Both the position numbers and the translations under genes were made by a program. The notes under the pieces are model-generated. The model was not told the DNA's origin. It saw only the letters and a program-made list of their open reading frames with translations, and did not search any database. Positions 26,911 to 39,915 of a DNA stretch of 64,000 bases are shown one piece after another. Source of the DNA: Octopus sinensis (Eukaryota); assembly GCF_006345805.1 (NCBI RefSeq), contig NC_043018.1, positions 25,296,001 to 25,360,000 of the forward strand, written 5' to 3'. How positions within the stretch are numbered: position 1 is the stretch's first letter; the number at the start of each line of letters is the position of its first letter.

Positions 26911-27837
26911 AGAAGGGTAAAAGGGTAAAGACACTATTCGGTCATGAATGACCATGGGATTGCACCTAGAAAGTTCCCTTCAAAGGCACAGGTCCAGGCA
27001 AGGTTGTTTATGGAAGACTAGCAGTCACCCATGCATACCAGCCTCTCCTCTCTGCACCACTGACATTATCAAAGAGAAAGGCAAAGTCTGATACAGCTTA
27101 GCACCAGTGACATCGTAACTCATTTCTACAGCTGGGTGAACTGGAACGTGAAATAAAGGGTCTTGCTCAAGAACACAACACACAGCCCAGTCCTGGAATT
27201 GAACTCACTATCTCATGATTGTGAACCTGACACTCTAACCACTGAGCCCTGTGCCTTCACGCAAATAGGAAATAACAGTTGCTACCCAAGGACAAAGATG
27301 ATGTTACACAGTAGAAGTGATCAAAACTTAGTGGAGATACAAATGTTTAAAATGGTTTAACATGTTTCATCTCCACAGATGAGGTTTAATAGTAGGAAAA
27401 CTGATAAACTTAACAACTCATTGCAAATTTTTTCAAAAATGTTTAAATAATAGCAATACTATCAGTAATGGTTGAATTTCTTCCTTTTTTTAATAATTTT
27501 AATATATCATATCTATTATTCAATTCTAATATGGATAACTTGAGAAAAAGTAGGTTGCTTGTTTTTAATGTTGAATATTTTCAAACGTGAGATACGTTGA
27601 CTGTAGAGCTAAACTTGCTTCCCTACAAACTATATGGTCAGAAGATCAAATGCCACACACTGCCATTAGATTGTGCTTCATGAGTTAAGAGCACCTTACA
27701 CCTCACCTACCCCTGTTTGCTCTTGTTGGCCTCCCTATCTTCAATAACACAAACCCTTTTAACTCCACAGCCATGCCAGGACACCACCTTGGAGGGTTTA
27801 GTCAAACAAATCAAAGCCCAGTATTTATTTTCTTGTT

Positions 27838-28185
27838 GTCGTGAAGGCATATGGCTCAGTGGTTAGAGCATTGGACTCACAATCATGAGGTAGTGAGTTC
27901 AATTCCTAGACTAGGTGGCATGTTGTATTCTTGAGTAAGACACTTTATTTCACGTTGCTCCAGTTCACTCATCTGTAGAAATGAGTTGCAATGTCACAGG
28001 TGCCAAGCAGTATCAGCCTTTGCCTTTCCCTTGGATAACATTGGTGGAGAGGAGAGGCTGGTACGCATGGGCAACTGTTGGTCTTCCATCAAACAACCTT
28101 GCTCAGACTTGTGCCTTGGAGAGGAACTTTCTAAAACTTTCTAAGTGCAATCCTATGGTCATTCATGACCAAAGGGGGTCTTTAC
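27838..28185 (+). mobile_element. tRNA-derived SINE family D; other copies about 26920-27260(-), 34480-34805(+), 41440-41705(+), 52320-52650(-)
   Basis: A-box-like tggctcagtggttagagc and B-box-like gagttcaattcc, followed by a shared body. Confidence 0.85.
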
Positions 28186-29590
28186 TATTACTTGTTGCTG
28201 GTACTTATATCTATGGGTGTCTTTTCCCCAAACAGGGACATAAATAAACCAACACTGGTTGTCACATGGTGGTAGGACACACACAAGCTTCTTATCACAC
28301 AGTCAACCCCTGCACCTATACATAATTAATTTTTTTTTTTTTATAAATTCAGAGATAAATACAAAACTGACAAGTTTCCATATCATATTTTCCTTTTTCT
28401 TTTCCGGTTTGATATGTGCATTGGTCAACATGGTTGACTCAATGCCACAATTGGAGAACTGTTTGAGATGACTCTTATAGAACAAATGTGTCCTGGTTGC
28501 CATGGAGGTACTTACTTCCAACCGTGTTGCAACAGACATTGTTACAAATCAAATTTTGCAAGTCTACCCTAATCCTAATTCACCACAGGTCACTAGACAT
28601 AATTTTTTGGCAAAGCTAAACTTGACTGATGAACCAGTAAAGGGGAAGACTATATCAATCAGTCAGCCTGCTAGATATGGCAACCAAATATCCCTCACAG
28701 CTAAAGTATCTTTGATCAAAATCTACAGGATCAGGCTAAATAATTACAACAGTAGATAATCAACTGATTCAGAGTAAACACCTTAGACAAGACACATCAC
28801 ACTGTTCCCTCTCTGTTTATGTGTGTGTGTATTTATATATATATATTTTATCTTTTATTCGTTTCAGTCATTTGACAGTGGCCATGCTGGGGCACCACCT
28901 TGAAGGGTTTTAGTCGAGCAAATCATAGAGCCCAGAACTTTTTTTTTAAAGCTTGATACTCTATCAGTCTCTTGCTGAACTGCTATGTTACGGGGACACA
29001 AACACACCAACACCAATTTCAAGCAGTGCTCAGGGGACAAACACACACAAAGCCACACATATATACATAAATACATATACATACATATATACAACAGGCT
29101 TTTTCAGTTTCCTACTAAATCCACTCACAAGGCTTTGGTCAGGCCGAGGCTATAGAAGACACTTGCCCAAGGTGCCATGCAGTAGGACTGAACCCAGAAC
29201 CATGTGACTAAGAAGTAAGCTTCTTACCACACAGCCAAACCTGTGCCTATATATATATATATATATATATATTCTTTTATTTATTTCAGTCATTTGACTG
29301 TGGACATGCTGGAGCACCACCTTTAGTCGAAAAAATAGATCCCAGGACTTATTTTTTTTTGTAAGCCTAGTACTTATTCTATCAGTCTCTTTTGCCAAAC
29401 TGCTAAGTTATTGGTTTTCAAGTGATGGTAGGGCAACAAACAGACATAAATATATACATATTTGTACCCAAGGCTTTAGTAGAAAACACTTGCCCAAGTT
29501 GCCAAGCAGTAGGACTGAACCAAGAACTATGTGGATGGGAAGCAAGCATCTTACCACACAGCCATGCCTGCATCTCTCTCTCTCTCTCTC

Positions 29591-29630
<40 letters not shown>

Positions 29631-30950
29631 CATCATCACCATGATATACACATGCAAAGCATGTTTAAACCATCAAAAACGGTAGTCTCCCGTGTGTTAG
29701 AAAGACACTTCTGCAATTTCCTGCTGAACAACCTGCACGAATGATCGGTTTACAGTGATCAGATGTTAGTGCTGCACGAGCTCACCTCCTCCATCAAATC
29801 CACAATACCTGTACAGGTGCACAGTGTGCAGCACGTCACATATTAAAGTGATCACAATGAGAGACAACATGCTTTACACCGCCTGGCCTGGGAATTGAAC
29901 CTATGATCACGTGAGTGCGAGTGCAACACCCAACCACTGGCCCATGCGCCCTCGCCTCTAACACTATTAGTATTATGGTTAGTAGCATACAACAAACATT
30001 ATTAGAGACCTTAGCCATTTGAATCTGCAAGTATGCTTTAGCTGGGGTGATTTCATTTGAATGTACCCACTGGAGGACACAAGAGCAGGTAGCCATGTTG
30101 TTTGCTTTTTATGACTCACTAAATAACAAAAACATTGTTATTCATCATCATCGTTTAACGTCCATTCTCCATGCTAGCATGGGTTGGACGGTTCGACCGG
30201 GGTCTGGTAAGCCATGGAGGCTGCACCAGGCTCTAGTCTGATCTGGCAGAGTTTCTACGGCTGGATGCCCTTCCTAACGCCAACCACTCCGTGAGTGTGG
30301 TGGGTGTTTTTTACGTGCCACCGGCACAGGAGCCAGAGCAGGCTGGCAAACGGCCACGATCAGTTGATGCTTTTATGTGTCACTGACACGGATGCCAGTC
30401 AGGCGACGCTAGTATCTGCCACATTCGGATGGTGCCTTTTACGTGTCACCAGCATGGGTGTCTTAACTACAATTTCCATTTGAATTTTTATTTTGATGTT
30501 GACGCTGACATACTTGACTCAATAGGTCCCCTCAAGAACAGCGGGTCACTCTACGATCCAAGGTCAGCACAGCAGGCCGTCCTGCGAGCATGAACTCACT
30601 TCATCTGTCGGGTCTTCGAATCCTCAAGATTGTTATTCTCAACAATAAATACAAAAACTATGTGGCTGTCCAGTTTTGTGTCTTCCAGGGGTATAGTCAA
30701 ATCGCATCACTTCCCACTAAAGTATACTTGTGGATTCAAAGGGTTAAATCAGTAAGAAACAAGGTATATTAAATTTCAGATTTATGGGGAAGAGAAAGCA
30801 ACACAGGAAGAGGCATTCATGCCTTTCTCTAAAAGTATTAATAAAATGAGATAGACAGAAATTTCTTTTTCATTAAGGAAGTCTTCCTGTATCTAACATG
30901 CTACAGGACCACATTATAACAAGCACATATAATATTAAACTTATATTTAC

Positions 30951-31058
30951 CGATTCTGAGCCAGCTCAGCCATAAGTTTTAAAACAGGCGTCGTAACAGA
31001 TGGATCGTGGTACCACAGTTCAACTGCCCGATGTAATACTGGTGTGTAAGTAGGATAG
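30951..31058 (-). CDS. XPO7: XPO7 exon 17 ([36 protein letters not shown]), phase 2/2
   Basis: U12 acceptor tccttaattaacaccag|C, CG|gtaaat donor, 108 nt. Confidence 0.96.
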
Positions 31059-34000
31059 CTGGTGTTAATTAAGGAGGTGATAATAACATCATTTCAATTA
31101 GCAACACTAATCACAAACACTGACCTTTGCGACAGAAGAACCTCATTAAGAAACAAATGAGTTGAGGATGAGCAGGAGTAGTTTTTTTCTTTTCTTATTC
31201 AACATCAATAAATTACTGCTAGTTGTCTGAAAGGTTGTCCAGATGTTAAAACAGAACAGAGCCGGGTCTATAGAACAATATCAGTATAGGTGGCGAGCTG
31301 GCAGAAACGTTAGCACGCCGGGCGAAATGCGTAGCTGTATTTCGTCTGTTGTTACGTTCCGAGTTCAAATTCCACCGAGGTCGACTTAGCCTTTCATCCT
31401 TTCGGGGTCGATAAATTAAGTACCAGTTACGCACTGGGGTTGATGTAATCGACTCAATCCCTTTGTCTGTCCTTGTTTGTCCCCTCTGCGTTTAGCCCAT
31501 TGTGGGTAGTAAAGAAATAAATAGTTATTTAAATAATAGCTCATGTGCTTGAGCAGACTATCATCATCATCAACAACAACATTTAACATCCATTTTCCAA
31601 GCTGGCATAGGTTGACTGACTTGACAGGAACTGGCAAGGCCAGGGTTGCACCAGCTTCCATAGTCGGTTTTGGTTTGGTTTCTACAGCTGGATGCCCTTC
31701 CAACTACTTTACAGAATGTACTGGATGCTGTTTATGTGGCACTAGCAACCACACCAATGCTCATTATGTGGCACCTTGGTTTAGAACCTCAATTCTGTTG
31801 TAGTGGGAGGGTCTTATCGAGTACAGCAATGCACCACATATCTCGGTCCTCTGATTTACACTACAACACTACAGCATCTACAAGTCACAATTAGTTGTTA
31901 CACCAACAGCCTTCAATTCTCAAGCAGAGCAGATTTAGATATACACAACAACAGCATCTAAATCGCAGCTAGTCATTTTAACTGACTACCCTCATGCTTA
32001 AGCAGAACAGACTTGGATCTTTTTAAAATCATCATCATTTAATGTCTGTTTTCCATGCTGGCATGGGTTGGACAGTTTGACAGGAGTTGGCAAGGCTGCG
32101 AGCTGGCAGAAACGTTAGCACGCTGGGCGAAATGCGTAGCCGTATTTCGTCTGTTGTTACGTTGTGAGTTCAAATTCTGCCAAGGTCAACTTTGCCTTTC
32201 ATCCTTTCGGGGTCGATAAATTAAGTACCAGTTACGCACTGGGGTCAATGTAATTGACTTAATACCTATGTCTGTCCTTGTTTGTCCCCTCTATGTTTAG
32301 CCCCTTGTGGGTAATAAAGAAATAGGAGTTGGCAAGGCTGGAGGGCTGCCCAGGTTCCACATCTGTTATGGCATGGTTTCTACAGCTTGATGCCCCAATA
32401 GTTAATACACTAAGAGGCATGAATCCAAATCAGAGAGAGCCTGACAGGTCCACTGATGATACTTGAACTCAGCATCTACTGCTGACCAAGTGACCATACA
32501 AACACAGACGCAGAGGCTTACTGCACTTAGCCATTAGATTCTGAAACAACCTTCCAAAAACTGATTCCACAGGCTGCTGTTACAATTAGCATTCATTAGT
32601 GACTTCCAATGAAACCAATACCTGAACAGTTTACAGGTGCATTCACCTTTTGCAGCTTTGCAAACCAACACAACCTTCGTTCATACTCTTCACCTACTAT
32701 CTCATTATCTTCCATCTTGTCCCTTGAAGGGGATGCCCAGATACCTTAACTCCACCACACTTTCTCTCTTTCCTGCTGGGGTAACCAAGTAGCCCTTCCA
32801 CAGCATGTCCATCTTTCCAACTTTAGCCTCTCAACAACCAGCACAATGCCTTTTCCCTCAGTATTCCACCCTCACTCTGTCACGAGGTCTTGGCTTGCAA
32901 GTTATTCAGTGGCCTCACTCATGCTAGTACCCTGAAGAAAAATGTACCTGGTAAAACGGTTGGTGTTAGGAAGGGCACCCAGCCATAGAAACCAAGCAAC
33001 AACAGACAGTTGGAGTCTGGACAGTTCCCTGGTAACCAGCTTCATGTCAAACTGTCCATCCCATGCCAGCATGGAAAGCAGACATTAAACAATGATGATA
33101 TGATAAGGGCATCCAGCCATAGAAGCCATGCCAAAACAGACATTGTGGCCAAACACGGTCCTCTACCTCACTACTCTGCAACCTTTTTTTCACTTGTAGT
33201 ACACTATTCTTTTCAAAGTTTGACAGTACACCTAAACTAAAAATGCAACTCAAAGTATAGGGACAAAATTATATTCAGGCTACACTGCAGCACACCTAGC
33301 ACTGTCTCGTGACACACCAGTGTGCTGCAGAGCACTGCCCTAGCTCACCAGGTCCTGTCAAACCATTCAATGAACACCAGCATGGAATACGGATGTTAAG
33401 GCAATGATGATTATTTAAAATAAAAGACACAGCATGTATACTTGGAGTTAAAACTTTTGTTTACTCACATTTCTAATGACAGATGTGTTAGAATAAATAG
33501 AAGTGGGATCATCATCATCATTTAATGTCTGCTTTCCATGCTAGCATGGGTTGGACGATTTGACTGAGGTCTGGCGAACCAGACTCCAATCTGATCTGGC
33601 AAAGTTTCTACAGCTGGATGCCCTTCCTAATGCCAACCACTCTGAAAGTGTAGTGGGTGCTTTTACGTGCCACCAGCACAAGGGCCAGTTTGGTGGTACT
33701 GGCAATGGCCACGCCCAAATGGTGCTTTTTACGTGCCACCTGCACAGGAGCCAGTCCAGCGGCACTGGCGACGACCTCGCTTGAATGTTTCACATGCCAC
33801 CAGCACAAGTGCTAGTAAGGCAACGTGGTAACGATCACGCTTGAATGGTGTGCTTAAACATACCATCGGCGCGAAGGCCAGCTTGTTGTTCTGGCAATGA
33901 TCTCACTCGTATGGTACTCTTAGCGCTCCACTAGCAAGAGATGCCAGTCACTGAGTTTGATTTCGACTTTGATTTCACTTGCCTCAGCTGGTCTTCGCAA

Positions 34001-34116
34001 TCAGGGTAAATTAAGAAAAAGATAGTAAATAATGAAAATATTTGAAAAATTAATTCTAGTACTTTGTTTCATTTCATTTAATGATAAATCAAAACAATTC
34101 AATGAAAAAAGGATAC
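31059..34116 (-). other. U12-type (minor spliceosome) GT-AG intron, 3058 nt
   Basis: 5' end GTATCCTTTT; branch TCCTTAAT at 31068-31075 about 10 nt before CCAG; no polypyrimidine tract; frame joins W-AT|C-YPT. Confidence 0.92.
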
Positions 34117-34205
34117 ATCCAATCAAAATTCATCATATAACTAGTTTTGGTATTAAAGGCAAACGCAACACCTCGTAAATCTCGAGCCAGACCAATTAAG
34201 GACCT
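34117..34205 (-). CDS. XPO7: XPO7 exon 16 ([29 protein letters not shown]), phase 0/2; followed by U12 GT-AG intron
   Basis: cattgcag|AGG acceptor, AT|GTATCCTTTT donor, 89 nt. Confidence 0.95.
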
Positions 34206-35171
34206 CTGCAATGAAAAAATAGAAAAATAATATTGAATTTTCTGGCATACAAATCAATGTAGTATACAGTGTAAACATGTAGGTCTAAACATTCAAACAT
34301 TGTTATTGTCTTTTCAAATCAAGGAATTTTTGGTCCTCCCAAAATTGCTTTGGTAAATAAGTCAGCCTTACCTATTTTGGCTGTAAATTTGGGTCGGAAA
34401 ACTTCACAGTGTATACCAGTAGTTCAGACAACTATTCAATAATTCTGTATAATGTTACTGCTACAATAAAAAGTACTTAGTAGTTAGAGCATCGTGTTCA
34501 CAATCACAAGGTAGTGAGTTCGATTCCTGGACCGGGCTGTGTGTTGTGTTCTTCAGCAAGACACTTTATTTCACGTTGCTCCAGTTAACTCAGCTGCAGA
34601 AATGAGTTGCGATGTTACTGGTGCCAAACTGTATCGGCCCCTTTGCCTTTCCCTTGGATAACATCAGTGGCATGGAGAGGAGAGGCTGGTATGCAGGGGC
34701 AACTAGTGGTCTTCCATAAACAACCTTGCCTAGACTTAGGCCTCAGGGGGGGAACTTTCTAGGTACAATCCCATGGTCATTTATGACTGAAGGGGATCTT
34801 TACCCTATCAAGATATGAAGTTACCCTCACACAAACACGTATACTTGGCTGGTGTTAATGTTTGTAACAAAATGGACTCTGTCAGCCCTTTAGCATTTAA
34901 ACTGGCCAAATCCAGCCCAAATATTTTCACTGGCCTCTCACACCTTCCTACAATGTCATTCTAAAAATAAACAACCACATCACTGAGATCTAGGCACAGG
35001 TATAATTGAGTGGTAAGGAGTTTGCTGTCCAACCACACAATTCCAGATTCGATCCCAGTGCATCGCATGTTGTGCAAGTGTCTTCTACTATAGCCTCAGG
35101 CCAACCAAAGCCTTGTGAGTGGATTTGGTTGCAAGAAGCCCGTCATGTATGCGTGTGTGTGTGTGCGTGTG

Positions 35172-35192
<21 letters not shown>

Positions 35193-35202
<10 letters not shown>

Positions 35203-36426
35203 AGGGCTTAGTAAAATAAATTACTTTGCCACATACTGAACTCATTAGAAATAGCAGCTAAAGAAATTTCTTCAGCTATTTCTAATACTTAAAGAAGATC
35301 CCTCTCAGATAGTGTTTGCCTAAACTAACTCACAAAAGTATGGGGGAAAAAACATTAAAAAAATCAAGTGCAAAGGTTATTTGAGAACGTACGTTTCTAG
35401 ATTAGTCAATTCGACATTTCTTTCTTCAGCTCAGAATTCCTTGAATCGGATTTGGGAACACTGAAAGTCGGGAGCATACCCTTTCGGCTTCTAATCACCT
35501 CTAGAATTCTGCTCGAACTAAAAGTGCTATCAAATTTTCTGAGCTGAAGAAAGAAATGTCGAATTGACTAATCTAGAAACGTACGTTCTCAAATAACCTT
35601 TGCACTTGATTTTTTAATGTTTTTTCCCCCATACTTTTGTGAGTTAGTTTAGGCAAACACTATCTGAGAGAGATCTTCTTTAAGTATTAGAAATAGCTGA
35701 AGAAATTTCTTTAGCTGCTATTTCTAATGAGTTCAGTATGTGGCAAAGTAATTTATTTTACTAAGCCCTTATATATAATGTAATATTTTGAATTCGCCTA
35801 TAATGGTCCCTTTACATACTGAATACTTGGTGAAATTGATTAATAATTAATTAATTTTACCCTCAATTGTTGAAATTATAATTCATCTCTCTCTGCTAAA
35901 TTCTGCGTTAATACATGGTGTTTGTCAATTTTAACCCACGCTGGTGGAAAGGGGAGAGCAGAAATTCTTCGCTTGCATATTCGAATTTGATAGCACTTTT
36001 AGTTCGAGCAGAATTCTAGAGGTGATTAGAAGCCGAAAGGGTATGCTCCCGACTTTCAGTGTTCCCAAATCCGATTCAAGGATTTCTGAGCTGAAGAAAG
36101 AAATGTCGAATTGACTAATCTAGAAACGTACGTTCTCAAATAACCTTTGCACTTGATTTTTTAATGTTTTTTCCCCCATACTTTTGTGAGTTAGTTTAGG
36201 CAAACACTATCTGAGAGAGATCTTCTTTAAGTATTAGAAATAGCTGAAGAAATTTCTTTAGCTGCTATTTCTAATGAGTTCAGTATGTGGCAAAGTAATT
36301 ATTTTACTAAGCCCTTATATATAATGTAATATTTTGAATTCGCCTATAATGGTCCCTTTACATACTGAATACTTGGTGAAATTGATTAATAATTAATTAA
36401 TTTTACCCTCAATTGTTGAAATTATA
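35193..36426. repeat. Compound inverted + direct repeat element in a (TA)n tract
   Basis: 35193-35536 is the reverse complement of 35984-36325; 35537-35880 is a direct copy of 36084-36426. Confidence 0.93.
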
Positions 36427-37046
36427 TATATATATATATATACACACACATGTAAAATGTACCCACTACACTCTCAGAGTGGTTGGCATTAGGAAGGGCA
36501 TCCAGCTGTAGAAACCTTCCAAATCTGATTAGAGCCTGGCACCATCACCAGTACATTTTACATGACACTTGTACCAGTGCTTTTCACCTGACACCTAAGG
36601 CATCAAATATTAGAGTGGGGGAAGTATAATAAATGAAATCAATCCCAGTATATGACTGGTACTTTAGGGGTGGTTGGTAGTTAAAAAGCTTGCTTCTCAA
36701 CCATGCAGTCTTGCGTTCAGTCCCATTCTCATGGCACCTTGAGCAAATGTCTTCTACTATAGTTCCAGGCCAACCAAAGCCTTGTGAATGAATTAGGTTA
36801 AGAGAGAAACCTATAAGAAACCCATTACATATGTGTCTGTGTCTTTGCCCCCCCCCCCCCTACTTGACAACTGGTGTATGTTTGTTTACAGTCCTGTAAC
36901 TTAGAGGTTAGGCAAAAGGGACTATCAGAATAAGCAGCAGGTTTTACAAAAATAAGTACTGGGGTCTCGATTTGTTTGACTAAAACCCTTCAAAGTAGTG
37001 CTGCAATCCAATGACTGTGACAAATATACGATAAAAAATATCTCAC

Positions 37047-37114
37047 CTTAGCTTCTTCCATTTTATTTTGGGTGTTTGCATTGGCAAGCATGTTTCCGAC
37101 TGCATCAAAAGCAG
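37047..37114 (-). CDS. XPO7: XPO7 exon 15 (SAFDAVGNMLANANTQNKMEEAK), phase 1/0
   Basis: ctttgcag|CT acceptor, AAG|gtgag donor, 68 nt; variable region but it bridges the flanking phases exactly. Confidence 0.9.
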
Positions 37115-37499
37115 CTGCAAAGAATAAGGAGAAATGTAAAGTCAGAAAGGGAAAACAGAAACCCAAAGAGCAGGATCCAAATGAAAAGATTAAAAATCAC
37201 ACCAAGATCAACTTAACTTTGCGTCCCTTTAGGCTTGCACCAAGAAACAACACTCTAGCATTGCCTCACTGTAATGATACAACTGCAAAAGGAACAGTCT
37301 GCCAATCTAGTTGAAATCCTATGCTTGACTGACATAGAGCAGGCACCAGATGTTGCTTTCATCAGATAGAGAGAAAGAGAGAAGCCACTGTACCTCATTG
37401 TATCACACTGCTCACCTCAAACTTCTCAGCCCAGAGCAGTCACATGGCAAGGGCTGTTTCACCCCAATCTCCACCCCATGCAGGCCTGTACAGCTACAA

Positions 37500-37700
37500 G
37501 AGAGACTGCCCTACTGATACAGGCCGAAGCATGACTTTCCAGGGGCAAAGGCATGGTCTCGTGTGACTAACAATCCTAAGACAATGGCATATTTACAAAG
37601 TCAGAAAACAGCACAGCTCCTATGACTTTAGGAAACATTTTTTCACGCTGAGAGTTGCTGAAGCATGGAACAAACTGCCGGCATCAGTTGTTAGTTGTCG
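37500..37700 (+). mobile_element. CR1-clade LINE 3' fragment
   Basis: [21 protein letters not shown] motif. Confidence 0.7.
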
Positions 37701-37955
37701 GAGCACTGCATCCTTCAAAACTTCCATGCTTTCTGAGATTCGCCAACACTACACCTGATTTTCTCCCCTCCATACACGCACAAGCATGTATCTGACTCAT
37801 GCATTGTTCGCTTTCCAGACATTTGTACATTAATGCATATACCCTATATGCACTTTCTGACAAGTTGTGGTGCACCTGAGCACTGTATACAATAATTCCA
37901 TTATTATTATTATTATTATGACAAGCCCTAAAGACAATATGAATAATATACTTAC

Positions 37956-38112
37956 ATGTAAGTGGTAACATAAACTGGTCAAACTTCTCTTCATCTTCAC
38001 CCAGGTCTACCAGCAGTAACCTACCAAGTGCCGTGTAAAATGTGGTCCGGCACCTCATGTCTGCCATAATGTTACCGTTTGTGTTCACTCCCAGGAATGG
38101 GAAGTGGTCACT
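37956..38112 (-). CDS. XPO7: XPO7 exon 14 ([52 protein letters not shown]), phase 0/1
   Basis: tttccatag|AGT acceptor, T|gtaag donor, 157 nt. Confidence 0.96.
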
Positions 38113-38228
38113 CTATGGAAAGGAGTACAGTGTTTGATCAGTGCATTTTTCATTTTTTATAACTAATTAATATACAATGACCAGAAAACTTCAACAAAAC
38201 ACCTCAAAGTACACCAAACATATACATT

Positions 38229-38573
38229 ATATATATATATATATATATGGTTTTTAATGACGTTTGTATTCACACAAACACTCATACACCCACATACCCG
38301 CACATAAATATGCATGCAAACATTTATATTCATTTGTAGATGTGTACATATATACATAATATAATTTTGTACATTTGCCTTCCTCCCTTGTTGTGTGTGT
38401 GCATGTGGTGTAATATGTGTCTATGTATGTATATATGTATGTATGTATATGTATGTATATATATGTGTATGTATGTATATGTGTGTATATATATATGTAT
38501 GTATGTATATGTGTGTATATATATGTGTATGTATGTATATGTATGTATATATGTATATGTATGTATATATGTA

Positions 38574-38616
<43 letters not shown>

Positions 38617-38939
38617 TTTTTAATGACGTTTGTATTCACACAAACACTCATACACCCACATACCCGCACATAAATATGCATGCAAACATTTATATTCATT
38701 TGTAGATGTGTACATATATACATAATATAATTTTGTACATTTGCCTTCCTCCCTTGTTGTGTGTGTGCATGTGGTGTAATATGTGTCTATGTATGTATAT
38801 ATGTATGTATGTATATGTATGTATATATATGTGTATGTATGTATATGTGTGTATATATATATGTATGTATGTATATGTGTGTATATATATGTGTATGTAT
38901 GTATATGTATGTATATATGTATATGTATGTATATATGTA

Positions 38940-38974
<35 letters not shown>

Positions 38975-38975
38975 G
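38229..38975. repeat. 366-bp tandem duplication including a (TATG/TA)n microsatellite block
   Basis: Identical ORF starts at 38340/38706 and 38395/38761 (offset 366). Confidence 0.92.
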
Positions 38976-39090
38976 CATACATATACACACTCAAAAGCAC
39001 ACTTTCATACATGCATATACATACACGCACACACATATAACATGCTGATCTCTAATGTAATTTAAAAACGAACAGATTGAAGATCTATAC

Positions 39091-39398
39091 CAGTGGTTCA
39101 CAACTGGGCTCCACATGGCCCCTGAAGGTCCATATAAGATTATTGGGAGTCTCAAGCAAAATAGCAGATTGGGAATCTACAACAGTGTATTAAGGGTCCA
39201 TGAAAAAATTTTTGCTTTACATGTATTTGTTCCAAGAAACAGCTAGGTTTCTTTCTTTAACATTTTACATAGTTCAACTAACACTGAAAGAATCATCTGT
39301 AGAAATAGTTTTTAAACATCAATTGGTTATGGGGGTACGCCAAAATAAAATAGTAATCAAAGGGGGCCATAGATAACAAAAATGGTTGAGAACCACTA
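39091..39398. mobile_element. hAT-type MITE with 8-bp TSD
   Basis: TIR cagtggttc(a/t)caac ... gttgagaaccacta; flanks atctatac / atctataa. Confidence 0.8.
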
Positions 39399-39459
39399 AT
39401 CTATAATATTATTTGGCTATGGAACAAAACCAAAGATGTAATCTGTTACACACAACATT

Positions 39460-39915
39460 TACATTTGACGGATATTTGTCCTCATCTTGTTTGTTGTTAC
39501 CACTAACGTTTCGGCTGGTATACCCTCCAGCCTTCATCAGGTGTTTTGGGGAAATTTCGAACCTGGGTTCTTAGGCGGCGAGCTGGCAGAAACGTTAGCA
39601 CGCCGGGCGAAATGCTTAGCGGTATTTTGTCTGCCGTTACGTTGTGAGTTCAAATTCTGCCGAGGTCGACTTTGCCTTTCATCCTTTCGGGTCCGATAAA
39701 TTAAGTACCAGTTACGCACCGGGGCGATGTAATCGACTTAATACCTATGTCTGTCCTTGTTTGTCCTCTCTGTGTTTAGCCCCTTGTGGGTAATAAAGAA
39801 ATAAGTATTTTTCAATGTTGTTGTTATTACTATTATTATTATTATTATTCAGGTCACTGAATAACAACAAACAAGATGAGGACAAATATCCATCAAATGT
39901 AAATAATGTAAATAA
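39460..39915. mobile_element. Penelope-like repeat (second copy) interrupted by a family-B SINE (about 39573-39805)
   Basis: Same ttgacggatatttgtcctcatc...cagccttcatcaggtg sequence as 58615-58835. Confidence 0.6.

Noticed and set aside
27838-27910. tRNA gene
   Set aside because: A/B-box-like head continues into a shared SINE body in several copies; it is a SINE head, not a tRNA.
29785-29807. Possible 23-nt micro-exon (cag|GTATTG...GGAG|gtgag) on the minus strand
   Set aside because: It has a weak acceptor, shifts the frame, and the flanking exons already join in frame.
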